A stretch of 64,000 nt of DNA from Squalus acanthias (GCA_030390025.1 CM059432.1:57414001-57478000), one strand, 5' to 3'. Positions 12,694-25,115 are shown, numbered from the stretch's first letter. Numbers and translations: made by a program. The notes: generated by a model from the letters alone, not told the origin.

Positions 12694-12836
12694 CCGCTGG
12701 GCGGGCTTAACAAGGTCAATCAAGGGAAAATACAGTGGGTTGGCCACAAGTCGATGGAGGCGGGACTACAACCCAAAAACTGGGAGTCCCGCCTCCATCA
12801 CGTCCCCATTGACAAAATCCAGCCCTAGGTGTCTAT

Positions 12837-13640
12837 GGGCTGGATTTTACCAGCCCTGAGGAGGCGGGTTTGGAGGCGGGACTACTGGGATAATGGAAAA
12901 AATTGGGAGCGGGTCCCAACCCGCCTCCGAACCATCTTCCCGGGAGGCGGGTCCCCGACTCGCGCAGGGACCCGTCTCCTAGCAGCAGGGAGGGGGTTAG
13001 AGCCAATTAACTGCCTGTTAATAGGTAGTTAACAGGCAGTTAAGAGGCTTTTCCCCATTTTCAGGGGAAACCCTGCCAGGGTCAGCGAGGCGAGCTGTGG
13101 GTCTGCTGCAGTGTAAGTGTGAAAATGTCAGCTGCAGAGGTAGTGTGATGGGTGCAATGGTGCACAGGTAAGTATGACAGGTGAGAGAATGTCGTGAGAA
13201 ATATTTTTATTCTGTTTATGTGGATCTGCAGGTGACAAGTTTCTGTGAAGCCTCATCTGATCAGCAGAATTGACAGATGGCTTCTGCAATCTCAAATGCA
13301 GCTGCCATCTGTTTTCTCCTAAGGAGAGAGTCATTGGTGAGCCTGGGTACAAGAGCTCACCTTTGGACAGTGATTGTCAGTGTTTGACAGCACCCCAATG
13401 CTGTCAAACACTGACAATTCATCTGTCAAAAAATTAACAAAAGCGACAGATGAAGCGCCATGCACTGACGTCATCTGACACCGGCTTTCCCTTAATTGGC
13501 TGGCAAGCCTGCAGGGCGGGCTTAACAAGGCCAATGAAGGGAAAATAGCATCAGGTTGTCAGACGTCGCTGGGGGCGGGACTAGAACCCGGAAACCAGCA
13601 GTCCCGCTCCCAACATGCCTCCTCAGGTAAGATCCCGGCC
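12837..13640. mobile_element. Harbinger-type MITE related to 4437-5082 (opposite orientation)
   Basis: Imperfect TIR ggctggatttta/taagatcccggcc; ~13300-13600 is reverse-complement-similar to ~4480-4800. Confidence 0.7.
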
Positions 13641-13672
13641 ATAGTCTCAGGATAATTGGTTGGCCATTTAAG

Positions 13673-14078
13673 ACATTGAAACATAGAAAAATAGGAGCAG
13701 GAGTAGGTCATTTGGCCCTTCAAACCTGCTCCGCCATTCAATATGATCATGACTGATCCTCTATCTCAATACCATATTCCCGCTCTCTCCCCATACCCCT
13801 TGATGCCTTTTGTGTCTAGAAATCTATCTATCTCCTTCTTAAATATATTCAGTGACTTGGCCTCCACAGCCTTCTGTGGTAGAGAATTCCACAGCTTCAC
13901 CAACCTCTGAGTGAAGAAATTTCTCCTCATCTCAGTCCTAAATGTCCTACCCCATATCCTGAGACTGTGACCCCTCGTTCTAGAACCCCCAGCCAGGGGA
14001 AACATCCTCCCTGCATCCAGTCTGTCTAGCCCTGTCAGAATTTTATACTTTTCAATGAGATCCCCTTTCATTCTTCTG
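13673..14078 (-). mobile_element. CR1 LINE 3' fragment
   Basis: ORF 13766-14071 GDLIEKYKIL..RNFFTQR, with a CR1 tail at ~13673-13720. Confidence 0.93.
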
Positions 14079-14079
14079 A

Positions 14080-14352
14080 AAGACTGAGGTGAGGAGGAAT
14101 TTCTTCCCTCAGAGGGTTGCGAATCTTTAGAATTCTCTACCCCAGAGGGCTGTGGATGCTGAGTCGTTGAGTATATTCAAGGCTGAGATAGATAGATTTT
14201 TGGACTCTAGTGGAATCAAGGGATATGGGGATCGGGCGGGAAAGTGGAAATGAGGTCGATGATCAGCCATGATCTTATTGAATGGTGGAGCAGGCTCGAA
14301 GTGCCGTAAGGCCTACTCCTGCTCCTAATTCTTATATTCTTGTGTTCTTATG
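14080..14352 (+). mobile_element. CR1 LINE short 3' fragment
   Basis: gaggaggaatttcttc..cagagg through to the tail ctcctgctcctaattcttatattcttgtgttcttatg. Confidence 0.9.
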
Positions 14353-14359
14353 TACACAG

Positions 14360-15680
14360 CTGGAAATAAACTAACCCCCACTAACAGTCTGCAACATATG
14401 GGAATGGCCCATAAAGGGACTGATTGTTGCCTCGCTACCGCCCCAATTTTTAGTGTGAACAGAGTGGTAGTGAGATTATTATTATTTTTTAAACTAACGC
14501 TATGGGATTTTTTAGTGGACCTTGATATAGGTGGCTAGCGATTCCATCCAAAACAAGAAGGAGCCTAATACATATCTGTGAATTAGGCTCCTAACAGGCC
14601 TTTAGGACCCAGCCACCATGTTGGTCTCCACCCAAGATGCTATCGCCAGCTAATCAACCCACCCACAAACCATGGGTAGCTACTTCCGGCGATATTTAAA
14701 GGGGCCCTCTCTCAGGTAAAATGCTGGAAATATCTGGGAGACATTTTACTTCTATTATATTGTTGTTTTATGGCTACTTGGACCATTTCAAAGTGCGATT
14801 AGTGGCTGTACAATGTTCTCAACCCTTAAGGGGCTCAGGCAATGCACTTTTTTTCATCATGGCAATTCCACTCTGGCCAGAGGAACAGGAAGAGCAGCAG
14901 CAACCGGAGGAAGCAGCAAACTGAGCTGCAGCTGCAAGGAAAGCAAATAGAAGGAGGTGTACTCGCAGGAATGTATAGGCTGGGACAACATACCTGTAGT
15001 TCTCTGAGAACTAGTGCACAAGGAGTCTGCACTTCTCTAGGGAGACTGTCACAGAGTTGTGTCATCTCCTTCAGCAAGACCTGCAACCAACTGCCACAGA
15101 TAATACAGCATTACTGTTGCAGTCAAGGTCACAGCAGCCCTGAACTTCTTTCCCTCTGGCTGCTTCCAGGCTGTCACAAGGGATATCAGTCAGTCTACAT
15201 TAAGCAGGTGGCTGATGCCATGTTTGATAGAGCAAATATTTTCATCACGTTTCCCATGGTCATCCGAAAGCAGTAGCATAGGGCTCTGAGATTCGCATAG
15301 ATTGCAGGCATCCCCCAAATCCGAGGCCTCATTGATTGCACGCATGTCGCCCTGCACACTTCTTCAGATGAGCCCAGTGCCTTCATGAATCGCAAGGACT
15401 TACACTCCATTAACGTGCAACTAGCATGTGGTGACCAGCGGCACATCCTGCAGGTCTGTGCCTGCTATCTTGGCAACTGCTGTGATATTTTATCTTGTAC
15501 CAAGCTTCCTTCTTCCACTCTTCAATAAAGCACAGCATATGAGGCATTGGCTGCTTGAGTACAAGGGTTATCCCCTGTGCACTTGGCTCTTGACTCCTCT
15601 CTGGAACCTAATCTTGGCAGCCGAACTTCACTATAATCAGATTCATTGCTTAACTAGAACTCTCATTGAACAGACCATTG
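14360..15680 (+). mobile_element. degenerate Harbinger with frameshifted transposase
   Basis: Fragments AVKVTAALNF, GLIDCTHVAL, NRKDLHSINVQLAC, WLLEYKGYPL and RTLIEQTIG across ~15120-15680. Confidence 0.8.
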
Positions 15681-16960
15681 GATCATTGGGGGATCGGATA
15701 ACAGGGAATGGGATCATGGGGGGATCGGATCATGGGGGAGATTGGCTCGCGGGGAGATGGGATCGCGGGGGGATGGAATCGTTGGGGGTTCGGATCGCCG
15801 GGGTATCGAATCACAGGGGGATTGGATCGTGGGGGATCAGATTGTGGGGGGATCAGATTGTGGGGGATTGGATCACTGGGGGGGATTGGATCATGGGGGA
15901 ATCAGATCGCCGGGGTATCTGATCACCGGGGGATTGGATCGCAGGGGGATTGGATCGTGGGGGATCAGATTGTGGGGGATTGGATCACTGGGGGGGGATC
16001 GGATCGTGGGGGAATCAGATCGCCGGGGTATCGGATCGCCGGGGGATTGGATCGCAGGGGGATGGATCGTGGGGGATTGGATTACTGGGGGGGGGATCAG
16101 ATCATGGGGGAGTCGGATCATGGGGGATTGGATGATGGGGGGATAGGGTAGCTGGAGGTGTCAGATCACGGGGGGATCAGATCGCCGGGGGATCGGATCA
16201 CGGGGAGAGCGGATCGTGGAGGATCGGATTGTGGGGGAATCGGATCGCCGGGGGATCGAATCACAGGGGGATCGGATCGCAGGAGGATCTGATTGCGGGG
16301 GGATTGGATCAAGGAGGATCAGATCATGGGGGGGATAGGATAGCTGGGCGGATCAGATCGAGGGGGGATCGGATCAAGGAGGATCGGATTGTGGGGGAAT
16401 CAGATCAAGGAGGATCGGATTGTGGGGGAATCGGATAGCCGGGATATCGAACCGCGGGGGGGGGTCGGATCGCGGGACGATTGGATCGTGGGGGGATAGG
16501 ATAGCTGGGGTGATCGGGGCATGGGGGATGGGATCGTGGGGGGATCGGATCATGAGGGATGAGATCGGGGGGGGATCGGATAGCGGGGGGTGTCACATCA
16601 CGGGAGGGTCAGATCACGAGAGATCAGATCATGGGGGGATCAGATAGCGGGGGATCGGATCGCGTGGGTGATTAGATCGCAGGGGATCGGATCTCAGGAG
16701 ATTGGATTGGATTGTGGAGGGATCGTATTGCGGGGGAAGGGATTGCTGGGGGGATCGGATCATGGAGGAGTCGGATCACGGGAGGGATTGGATCGTGGGG
16801 AGATTGGATCAGGAGAATCGGATCATGGGGGGTTTCAGATCGTGGGGGTATTGGATTGTGGGGGGATCGGATTGTGGGGGGATCGGATTGCGGGGAGCAT
16901 TGAATTGCGGGGAAGTTGGATCATGTGAGGGTCAGGATGCGAGGGGTTGGCATCGGCTCA
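15680..16960 (+). repeat. G-rich minisatellite, ~15-16-bp unit GGGGGATCGGATCG(C/T)G
   Basis: Continuous degenerate tandem array of ggggatcggatc-like units with strong G-strand bias. Confidence 0.92.
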
Positions 16961-19051
16961 CGGTCAGTATCGGACCGCGGGGCGGGGGTAAGGCAGATCA
17001 TGGCAGGTTAGCTTGGAGGTTGAAGGTCCGGGGGCAAGCTCTCCTGCTCCTCCTTGCCCACAAGCAGTGCTGGATTGAGCAGTTCTTGCCTCCCTTTACC
17101 TGCTGGCTTTCCTGAGCCCTGGGAAACCAGGCCCGCAGCCATTAAATCCAAATGATTGCTAAAACCTGAGTCACACTGCCTCATTAACATATTATGATTC
17201 CTGACCCACCTCCCTAGAGCTGATTAATCACTCGCGCCCCCAACCTGCCCCAATTAAACCAGAAGTAGGCTCATTCGCGGTGAGTTGGGCTCTAGTTTCC
17301 CATTTTTAGAATTTAAACCCCCTAGCCCCTCTCCCATCCATCCTGGGGGTCGGGTGGTGGGGGTGGGGGTGATTAAAATTCTTCCTACAGTGTTTTAACT
17401 TTACACGAAAGGACACCTGCCTCCATTCTAACAACAGTGCCTGTCTGCTCCAGCTCCAGTCCCAGTTCTGACTCCAACCTCAACTGAGGCCCATCCAACA
17501 CTTGCTCTTCGGAGAGCTAGAATCAGTAGCATTGGTAAGGGTGGCACTGTTGTCAGTGGCACTCTGCCCATTAAAATCAGAGGATTCAAATGACCTATTC
17601 TGCAGGGAGGTGTGAGAATGCAGCAAATTTGCATCTACTGATTTGTTCCTCCTTCACTTTTGTCCGCCTGTCTGTCCTCACTTTTCTTTGCTTTATTTTT
17701 CCCTGCCCTTTTTTTTCCTTGTATCTTTCTACTATTTGGCTCAGAAGTTTCCTTTTCATTCTGATTCCTAGAGCATTGGAGCTGTCACCTGAAGAGACTG
17801 CAGCGTGCAGTGTGGAGAAATGAGGGAGTCTATCAATGAAAATGAGCATAGGAGCTGGATTTAAAAGAGCGTGGGGAATGGGATCTTAAAAAGAGTTGAA
17901 CTTCAAAAAGAACACAAGGGTGGAACTTTGGGAGTGGCATTTCAAAATTGATGCTATAAATAAAGTGAGCAGGCTATTGACAAGCCAGATCCTGTTCAAT
18001 GTTGGGACTGTCCTAACCATCCTGGGCAGTGGTTGCACCACTGGCTGGCTACAGTCCCACTCTTCTCACTCTTGCTGCTCCCCACTCACCAAAGATCATC
18101 AGTTGGAGCGGAACCAAAGCAAAGAAGACTTTCAGACATGTGATGGCGGCTCCGACCTGATGGAAGGTGAACATCAAGACAAGTGATCATTTGTTATTTG
18201 TTATATTAATATATTTATGATATATTGTACCAGAAAACATGTGCATTGAGACCATCACAGTATAACAAATGACTAAAATCCTGGGTACACCACTGCTTAC
18301 ATTCATGGCATGAGCTTGGAGCTCTGCGTTAAGTGTATGCAATTCTCATGTATGAGGGACAAATAACCAAGTTATGGTATTATAATATTTAATGTTGAGT
18401 TATTTTATATTTAGAAATTCCATACACTTAAAGCTGCAGTGTAATGGTTAAAAGAGATAAAACACTCCACCTTGGTGGAATTCATTGTTAAGGATCCTTT
18501 ACCTATGTGATTAAAAAGGGCCAGAAAAAACACTAAAGTATAAAGGACAAGGTGCCAATTATCTCTGGCACAGCACTCAATGACAATTAAGTCCAATGTT
18601 TAGATTATACAAATAGAATTTTGGCTGAGAAGGATAATTAAGGCGTCAGTCTCTAATTTCTCACAGACAAAATGGCAACTTAATTTTCATCAACGAACTG
18701 GAGGTAGAACAAAGGGAACTGATTTATTTCTCTTAACAAAGAATAAGTGAATTATTCTCAAACCTTAAAAAAGGAGAGCTACTATTAGTAATGAACAAAT
18801 GGCACATGTTTCAGCTTTGTTATTGAAGCAAAGGTATGAATAGGATATTTGGATCTATTGTTATTCAAACCAAATGGACACAACAGGCTAGTTGACATCA
18901 TTTTAAGTCTCATCTGAAGTAACAATTTAAGTTCCATCAGAAAGGTAAGATAAGATCAAGCCTCCTTCAGGTTGCTTCATTTACATGTGTGACTAATTTA
19001 TTCTGAGAAGCCGCACAACACCAGGTTATAGTCCAACAGCTTTATTTGAAA

Positions 19052-19088
19052 TCACAAGCTTTCGGAGCACTGCTCCTTCGTCAGGTGA
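19052..19088 (-). ncRNA. minimal hammerhead ribozyme motif (Penelope pLTR)
   Basis: Minus strand tcac-CTGACGA-a-ggagca g tgctcc-GAAA-gctt-gtga: core boxes, stem II, palindromic AAGCTT stem III and tcac/gtga stem I. Confidence 0.78.
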
Positions 19089-21360
19089 AGTGAAGAAATG
19101 CATATAGGCACAGCATATATAGTCAGAGAACACTGCCAGACGACTACAGTTAATCTTTCTAACTGCCCTTTATCACACCTCAGCAGAGAGACAATCACGG
19201 CAATCAAAGGTGCGGATGGTGTCTAAACAGGTCAGTCAGGAAGACATTACATCAAAGACGATAGCAAAATACAACAAAGACAATGAGGTGGGGTCACAAG
19301 GGGTCAAATGTGGCAGATGCTGGGGTCTGCATGGAAAACAAAAAACGTTTTACTTTTTTTGCTGGAAATCACAGCAGGTCCGGCCGCATCGGTGTAGAGA
19401 GAACAAGCCAACAACAACTCGAGTCTGGATGACTCTACGTCAGGTGGGGTTACATGTAGCGTGACATGAACCCAAGATCCCGGTTGAGGCCGTCCTCATG
19501 GGTGCAAAACTTGGCTATCAGTTTCTGTTCGACGATTTTGCGTTGTCGTGTGTCTCGAAGGCCACCTTGGAGAACGCGTACCCGAAGATCGGAGGCTGAA
19601 TGTCCTTGACTGCTGAAGTGTTCCCCGACTGGGAAGGAACACTTCTGCCTGGCGATTGTTGTGCGGTGTCCGTTCATACGTTGTCTCAGTGTCTGCATGG
19701 TCTCGCCGATGTACCATGCTCCGGGGCATCCTTTCCTGCAACGTATGAGGTAGACAACGTTGGCCAAGTCACATGAGTATGTACCATGTACCTGGTGGGT
19801 AGTGTCCTCACGTGTGATGATGGTATCTGTGTTGATGATCTGGCATGTCTTGCAGAGGTTGCCGTGGCAGGGTTGTGTGGTGTCGTGGTCGCTGTTCTCC
19901 TGAAAGCTGGGTAATTTGCTGCGAACGATGGTACTTTTGAGGTTAGGCGGCTGTTTGAAGGCGAGTAGTGGAGGCGTGGGGATGGCCTTAGCGAGGTGTT
20001 CGTCGTCATCGATGACATGTTGAAGGCTGCGAAGAACATGGCATAGTTTCTCCGTTCCGGGGAAGTACTGGACGACGTAGGGTACTCTGTTGGTTGTGTC
20101 CCGTGTTCGTCTTCTGAGGAGGTCTATGCGATTTTTCGCTGTGGCCCGTCGGAACTGTCGATCGACGAGTCGAGCATCATATCCCGTTCTTACGAGGGTG
20201 TCTTTCAGCGTCCGTAGGTGTCCACCTATGGACACCTACGGACGCTGAAAGACGCCCTCGTAAGAACGGGATATGAAGCTCGACTCGTCGATCGACAGTT
20301 CCGACGGGCCACAGCGAAAAATCGCATAGACCTCCTCAGAAGACGAGCACGGGACACAACCAACAGAGTACCCTACGTCGTCCAGTACTTCCCTGGAGCG
20401 GAGAAACTACGCCATGTTCTTCGCAGCCTTCAACATGTCAGCGATGACGACGAACACCTCGCTAAGGCCATCCCCACGCCTCCACTACTTGCCTTCAAAC
20501 AGCCGCCTAACCTCAAACAGAGGTTCGCAGCAAATTACCCAGCTTTCAGGAGAACAGCGACCACGACACCACACAACCCTGCCACGGCAACCTCTGCAAG
20601 ACATGCCAGATCATCAACACAGATACCATCATCACACGTGAGGACACCACCCACCAGGTACATGGTACATACTCATGTGACTCGGCCAACGTTGTCTACC
20701 TCATACGTTGTAGGAAAGGATGCCCCAGAGCATGGTACATTGGCGAGACCATGCAGACACTGTGACAACGTATGAACGGACACCGCACAACAATCGCCAG
20801 GCAGGAGTGCTCCTTCCCAGTCGGGGAACACTTCAGCAGTCAAGGACATTCAGCCTCCGATCTTCGGGTAAGCGTTCTCCAAGGCAGCCTTCGAGACACA
20901 CGACAACGCAAAATCGTCGAACAGAAACTGATAGCCAAGTTCCGCACCCATGAGGACGGCCTCAACCGGGATCTTGGGTTCATGTCACGCTACATGTAAC
21001 CCCACCTGACGTAGAGTCATCCAGACTCGAGTCGTCGTTGGCTTGTTCTCTCTACACAGATGCGGCCGGACCTGCTGTGATTTCCAGCAAAAAAAGTAAA
21101 AAGTTTTTGGTTTTCCATACAGACTCCAGCATCTGCCACATTTGACCCCTTGTGACCCCACCTCATTGTCTTTGTTGTATTTTGCTATCGTCTTTGATGT
21201 AATGTCTTCCTGACTGACCTGGTTGGACACCATCCATACCTTTGATTGCCGTGATTGTCTCTCTGCCGAGGTGTGATAAAGGGCAGTTAGAAAGATTAAC
21301 TGTAGTCGTCTGGCAGTGTTCTCTGACTATATATGCTGTGCCCATATGCATTTCTTCACT

Positions 21361-21397
21361 TCACCTGACGAAGGAGCAGCGCTCCGAAAGCTTGTGA
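21361..21397 (+). ncRNA. minimal hammerhead ribozyme motif (Penelope pLTR)
   Basis: tcac-CTGACGA-a-ggagc agc gctcc-GAAA-gctt-gtga. Confidence 0.8.
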
Positions 21398-21954
21398 TTT
21401 CAAATAAAGCTGTTGGACTATAACCTGGTGTTGTGCGACTTCTCACTTTTGTCCACCCCAGTCCAACACCGGCATCTCTGCATCATAATTTATTCTGGGG
21501 TACAGGTTTAGTATGTAAGTGAAGCCGCTTCCGACGGATGCTACATTTGGAGTGTAAATCGGGTGTGAAAGAACTGACTCTGAAGCGAAATGGCATGAAA
21601 CTCTATCCTCCAGGGAGTTTCACTCTGTTTTGTTCCATTGTCATTTCAGCCCCTGACACAGGCTGCACTTGCACTATACTGCAGCGCAGGTGTAAAGTGA
21701 AACTGCTTCAAATGTGGTGTAAATTCACTTTAGGTTCCACAAAAAAGGACTGCAAACATTTTCTTGTATTGAGAAATTATTGGAGTGGAATTATGGACAA
21801 TTCTGAACCCTTTTAGCCTATGGAACTGTAGCCAAGGCTCAACGATGGTGAAATTGGTCTTCACCAGTAGCACAAAATGGACTCCTAGTGAATCGGCAGC
21901 CCGTTTTAGACCGTGCACGATTTTCTTTTCCAAAGACGCTGCCCTGAAGAATTA

Positions 21955-23195
21955 TCATAGGATTATAGAATGGTTACAGCACAGAAGGAGGCCATTCGGC
22001 CTGTCGAGCCCGTGCCAGCTCTCTGCAAGAGCACTTCAGCTAGTCCCACTCCCCCACCCTTTCCCCGTAGCCCTGTAAATTTTTTCCCCTCAGGTACTTA
22101 TCCAATTCCCTTTTGAAAGCCATGATTGAGTCTGCCTCCACCACCTTTTCAGGCAGTGCATTCCAGATCCTAACCACTCGCTGCGTAAAAAAGATTTTCC
22201 TCATGTCGCTTTTGGTTCTTTTGCCAATCACCTTGAATCTGTGTCCTCTGGTTCTCGACCCTTACGCCAATGGGAACAGCTCCTCTCTGTCTAGACCCCT
22301 CATGATTTTGAACACCTCTATCAAATCTCCTCTCAACCATCTCTGCTCTAAGGAGAATAACCCCAGCTTCTCCAGTCTATCGATGTATCTGAAGTCCCTC
22401 ATCCCTAGAATCATTCTCGTAAATCTTTTCTGCACCCTCTCTAAGGTCTTCACATCCATCCTAAAGTGCGGTGTCCAGAATTGGACACAATACTCCAGTT
22501 GAGGCCGAACCAGTGTTTTATAAAGTTTCATCATAACTTCCTTGCTTTTGTACTCTATGCCTCTATTTATGAAACCCAGTATCCCTTATGCTTTTTTAAC
22601 TGCTTTCTCAACCTGCCCTGCCACCTTCGATGATTTGTGCACATATACTCCCAGGTCTCTCTGTTCATGCACCCCCTTTAGGATTGTACCCTTTAGTTTA
22701 TAGTGCCTCTCCTCGTTCTTCCTACCAAAATGCATCACTTCGTACTTTTCTGCGTTAAATTTCATTTGCTACGTGTCCGCCCATTTCACCAGCCTGTCTA
22801 TGTCTTCTTGAAGTCTACCACTATCATCCTCACTGTTCACTATACCTCCAAGTTTAGTGTCATCTCTAAATTTTGAAATTGTGCCCTGTACTACCCAAGT
22901 CCAAATCATTAATATATATCAAGAAAAGCAGTGGTCCTAGTACCGACCCCTGGGGAACACCACTGTATACCTTCCTCCAGTCCGATAAAGAACCATTCAC
23001 CACAACTCTCTGTTTCCTGTCACTTAGCCAATTCCGTATCCATGCTGCCACTGTCCCTTTTTTTCCATGGGCTTCAACTTTGGTGATAAGCCTATTATGT
23101 GGCACTTTATCAAACGTCTTTTGGAAGTCCATATACACCACGTCAACCTCCTTGCCCTCATCAACCCTCTCCGTTACCTCATCAAAAAACTCGAT
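21955..23195 (-). mobile_element. CR1 LINE (RT to 3' tail), 5'-truncated
   Basis: ORFs 22866-23282, 22262-22534 and 22040-22231 carry [24 protein letters not shown] and LEYCVQFW. Confidence 0.93.
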
Positions 23196-23630
23196 CTTCT
23201 TGCAGAGATGTCCTGGGGCTGTGATAATTGACCTTTGACAACCATGACCACCTTTCTGCATCTCACGTATGACTTCAGCCACTGAAGGGTTTTCCCCTTG
23301 ACCCCCATTGACCTCAGTTTTGCTCAGGCTTCTTAGTGTCAGTCAAATGCTACCTTGATGTTGAGGGCACCTAATCTCACCTCTCCTCTGGCATTCAGCT
23401 CTTGCAACTGTGTCTGACTCAAGACAGTGACAAGGTCAGGAACAGAAAGGTTCTGGCAGAATCAGAACTGAGTGTCAGTTGCTTGAATGCACTATTGATT
23501 ACTTCTTCAATCACTTTGAAGAAGATTGGGAAGTTTCTGATAGGGTGGCAATTAGCCGAGTTAGATTCATCCTGCTTTTTTGTGCATAGGTTATTTTTTA
23601 CTTTGTCAGGTAGATGCCAGTCATAGCTAC
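23196..23630 (-). mobile_element. old CR1/L2-group LINE fragment
   Basis: KKQDESNSANCHPI resembles the K.DKSNPANYRPISL motif. It looks like the same family type as 53250-53980 and 59056-59258. Confidence 0.55.
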
Positions 23631-23689
23631 ACTGAAATTTTATTTTAAATTGATTTAATGTAATATAACAAAAATACATTATTATTTTA

Positions 23690-23800
23690 AGAAAGAACTT
23701 GCATTTATATAGTACCTTTCACATCCTTAGGACATCCTAAAGCACTTTGGAGCCAATGAAGCACTTTTTTTTGAAGTGTAACCACTGTTGTAATGAAGGC
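23690..23800 (-). mobile_element. SacSINE1/DeuSINE-like SINE 3' fragment
   Basis: agaaagaacttgcatttatatag..cctttcac..ggacatcctaaagcacttt..gccaatgaag..tttgaagtgta..cactgttgtaatg resembles, from recall, the shark DeuSINE 3' region with an L2-like tail. Confidence 0.65.
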
Positions 23801-24032
23801 AAACTTTTGGGGAAAAAAAGAGGAAATATTTAACCTATTTCAAACCAGCGGTGAATCACTGAATATATTATAGAACTAGAAAATGCTTGGCTTCTACCCA
23901 GGGTTCCCTATTACTGAACAACATATAGGAATTTTTTAAAAGTCCACATCAGTAGTCCATCTTGTTTCATGTTCAATCCTTATTAACTTCTATCTATCCT
24001 TCCATGTTCCCCCAAATTTCCTTAAACATTTG

Positions 24033-25115
24033 GGCTTAGAAATTCAAGGGTTTAGCGTCACCTGTTACCGCCAGATTCTGGCGGTCAAATGGTGGCCGCC
24101 GCATTATCAACAGCTGCTGGCGGGTCCCGCGGCGGACGCCATTTTCAGCAGGTTGGCAGCGCTGCCGTTGCCTGCGGTCGCCGAAAGTATTTTAATGAGT
24201 TGGAGCATGACGTCAATCGTGAGTTGACGCCCACTCATCCATTTTGGATTTCGCCCACTTTAAAGCACGCCAGTGCATGCTAAAAGTGTTTCAGCAGTGT
24301 TACCGGCCATGAGGAGTCTGGCAGGACTTGGCAGATTGTATACGAGGATGGAGGCTGACAAGTGGAAAACACCTTTTATAGTTTCATTTTTTGCCCATCA
24401 TGGTTGGGGCGCGGTGGAGGGGTGGGGGGTGGGGGGTGGCGGGTTGCATTTTCTGGGGGCTTTCCGGGAGGCCTACAGTATTTATGGGTCAGTAAATGAA
24501 TGGGTGAACTCCATTGCAACGTTTGAAGATCAACTCTGATAAGATTTATTTTATCTTTATGATAGCATCACCAGAACACCACCTCCTAGCAAATCTGGAC
24601 TCAACTGCTTAAGATTATCAGGAATTATAATTAATTTACTCAAAATTCCATAACCAATTATTTATCAAATAATTATTTTGTGTCGAGTATGCAAGACCCA
24701 CTAACAGCTGGCACGATTACTACACAACACTTTCATGAGTAACCATTGGGAAAGATTAGTGTTACAGAGAATGCAGATGCATTCATTTCGTGAACTATTA
24801 AAAAAATCACCAAACATCGGGTGATAGGTAATATTTTTGTAGCAAGTACGGCAACTGTTTCGTACATGGCCTACAGCTTCACTCCTTTCTTCCCCGTTTC
24901 CCTTCACTGCAAGCGGGAGACAGACGTGACCTTCAGCGTCCTGCTGAGCTTAGCGCTGGAAAGAGCGCGTTACACCAGAAAATCAACGCCACGCTGATGT
25001 TAATGAGCAGGCTGCACCAAAATACCGGTACTGCCTGCGCTCTCTCGGCCGGTGGCCATTACCTTTGGCCGCAGCTGCTACTGGCAGGTTTCCAGTGTTC
25101 TCGAATTTCTAGGCC
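24033..25115. mobile_element. Harbinger-type MITE
   Basis: TIR ggcttagaaattc/gaatttctaggcc (12 of 13 match), TSD TTG. Confidence 0.82.

Larger units (their letters stand above)
19006..21485. mobile_element. Penelope-like element as a head-to-head inverted pair (GIY-YIG region plus pLTR in each arm)
   Basis: 19004-20224 is the reverse complement of 20229-21445 with a 4-nt spacer ccta. ORF 19450-20235(-) has VVYLIRCRKGCPGAWYIGET..EDGLNRDLG. TSD taatttattctg at 18994-19005 and 21486-21497. Confidence 0.93.

Noticed and set aside
15680..16960. CRISPR-like array
   Set aside because: The units are contiguous and degenerate with no unique spacers, and the context is vertebrate.
15708..17115. Many overlapping Gly/Asp/Arg/Ile-rich ORFs
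   Set aside because: They are translations of a stop-poor minisatellite in several frames.
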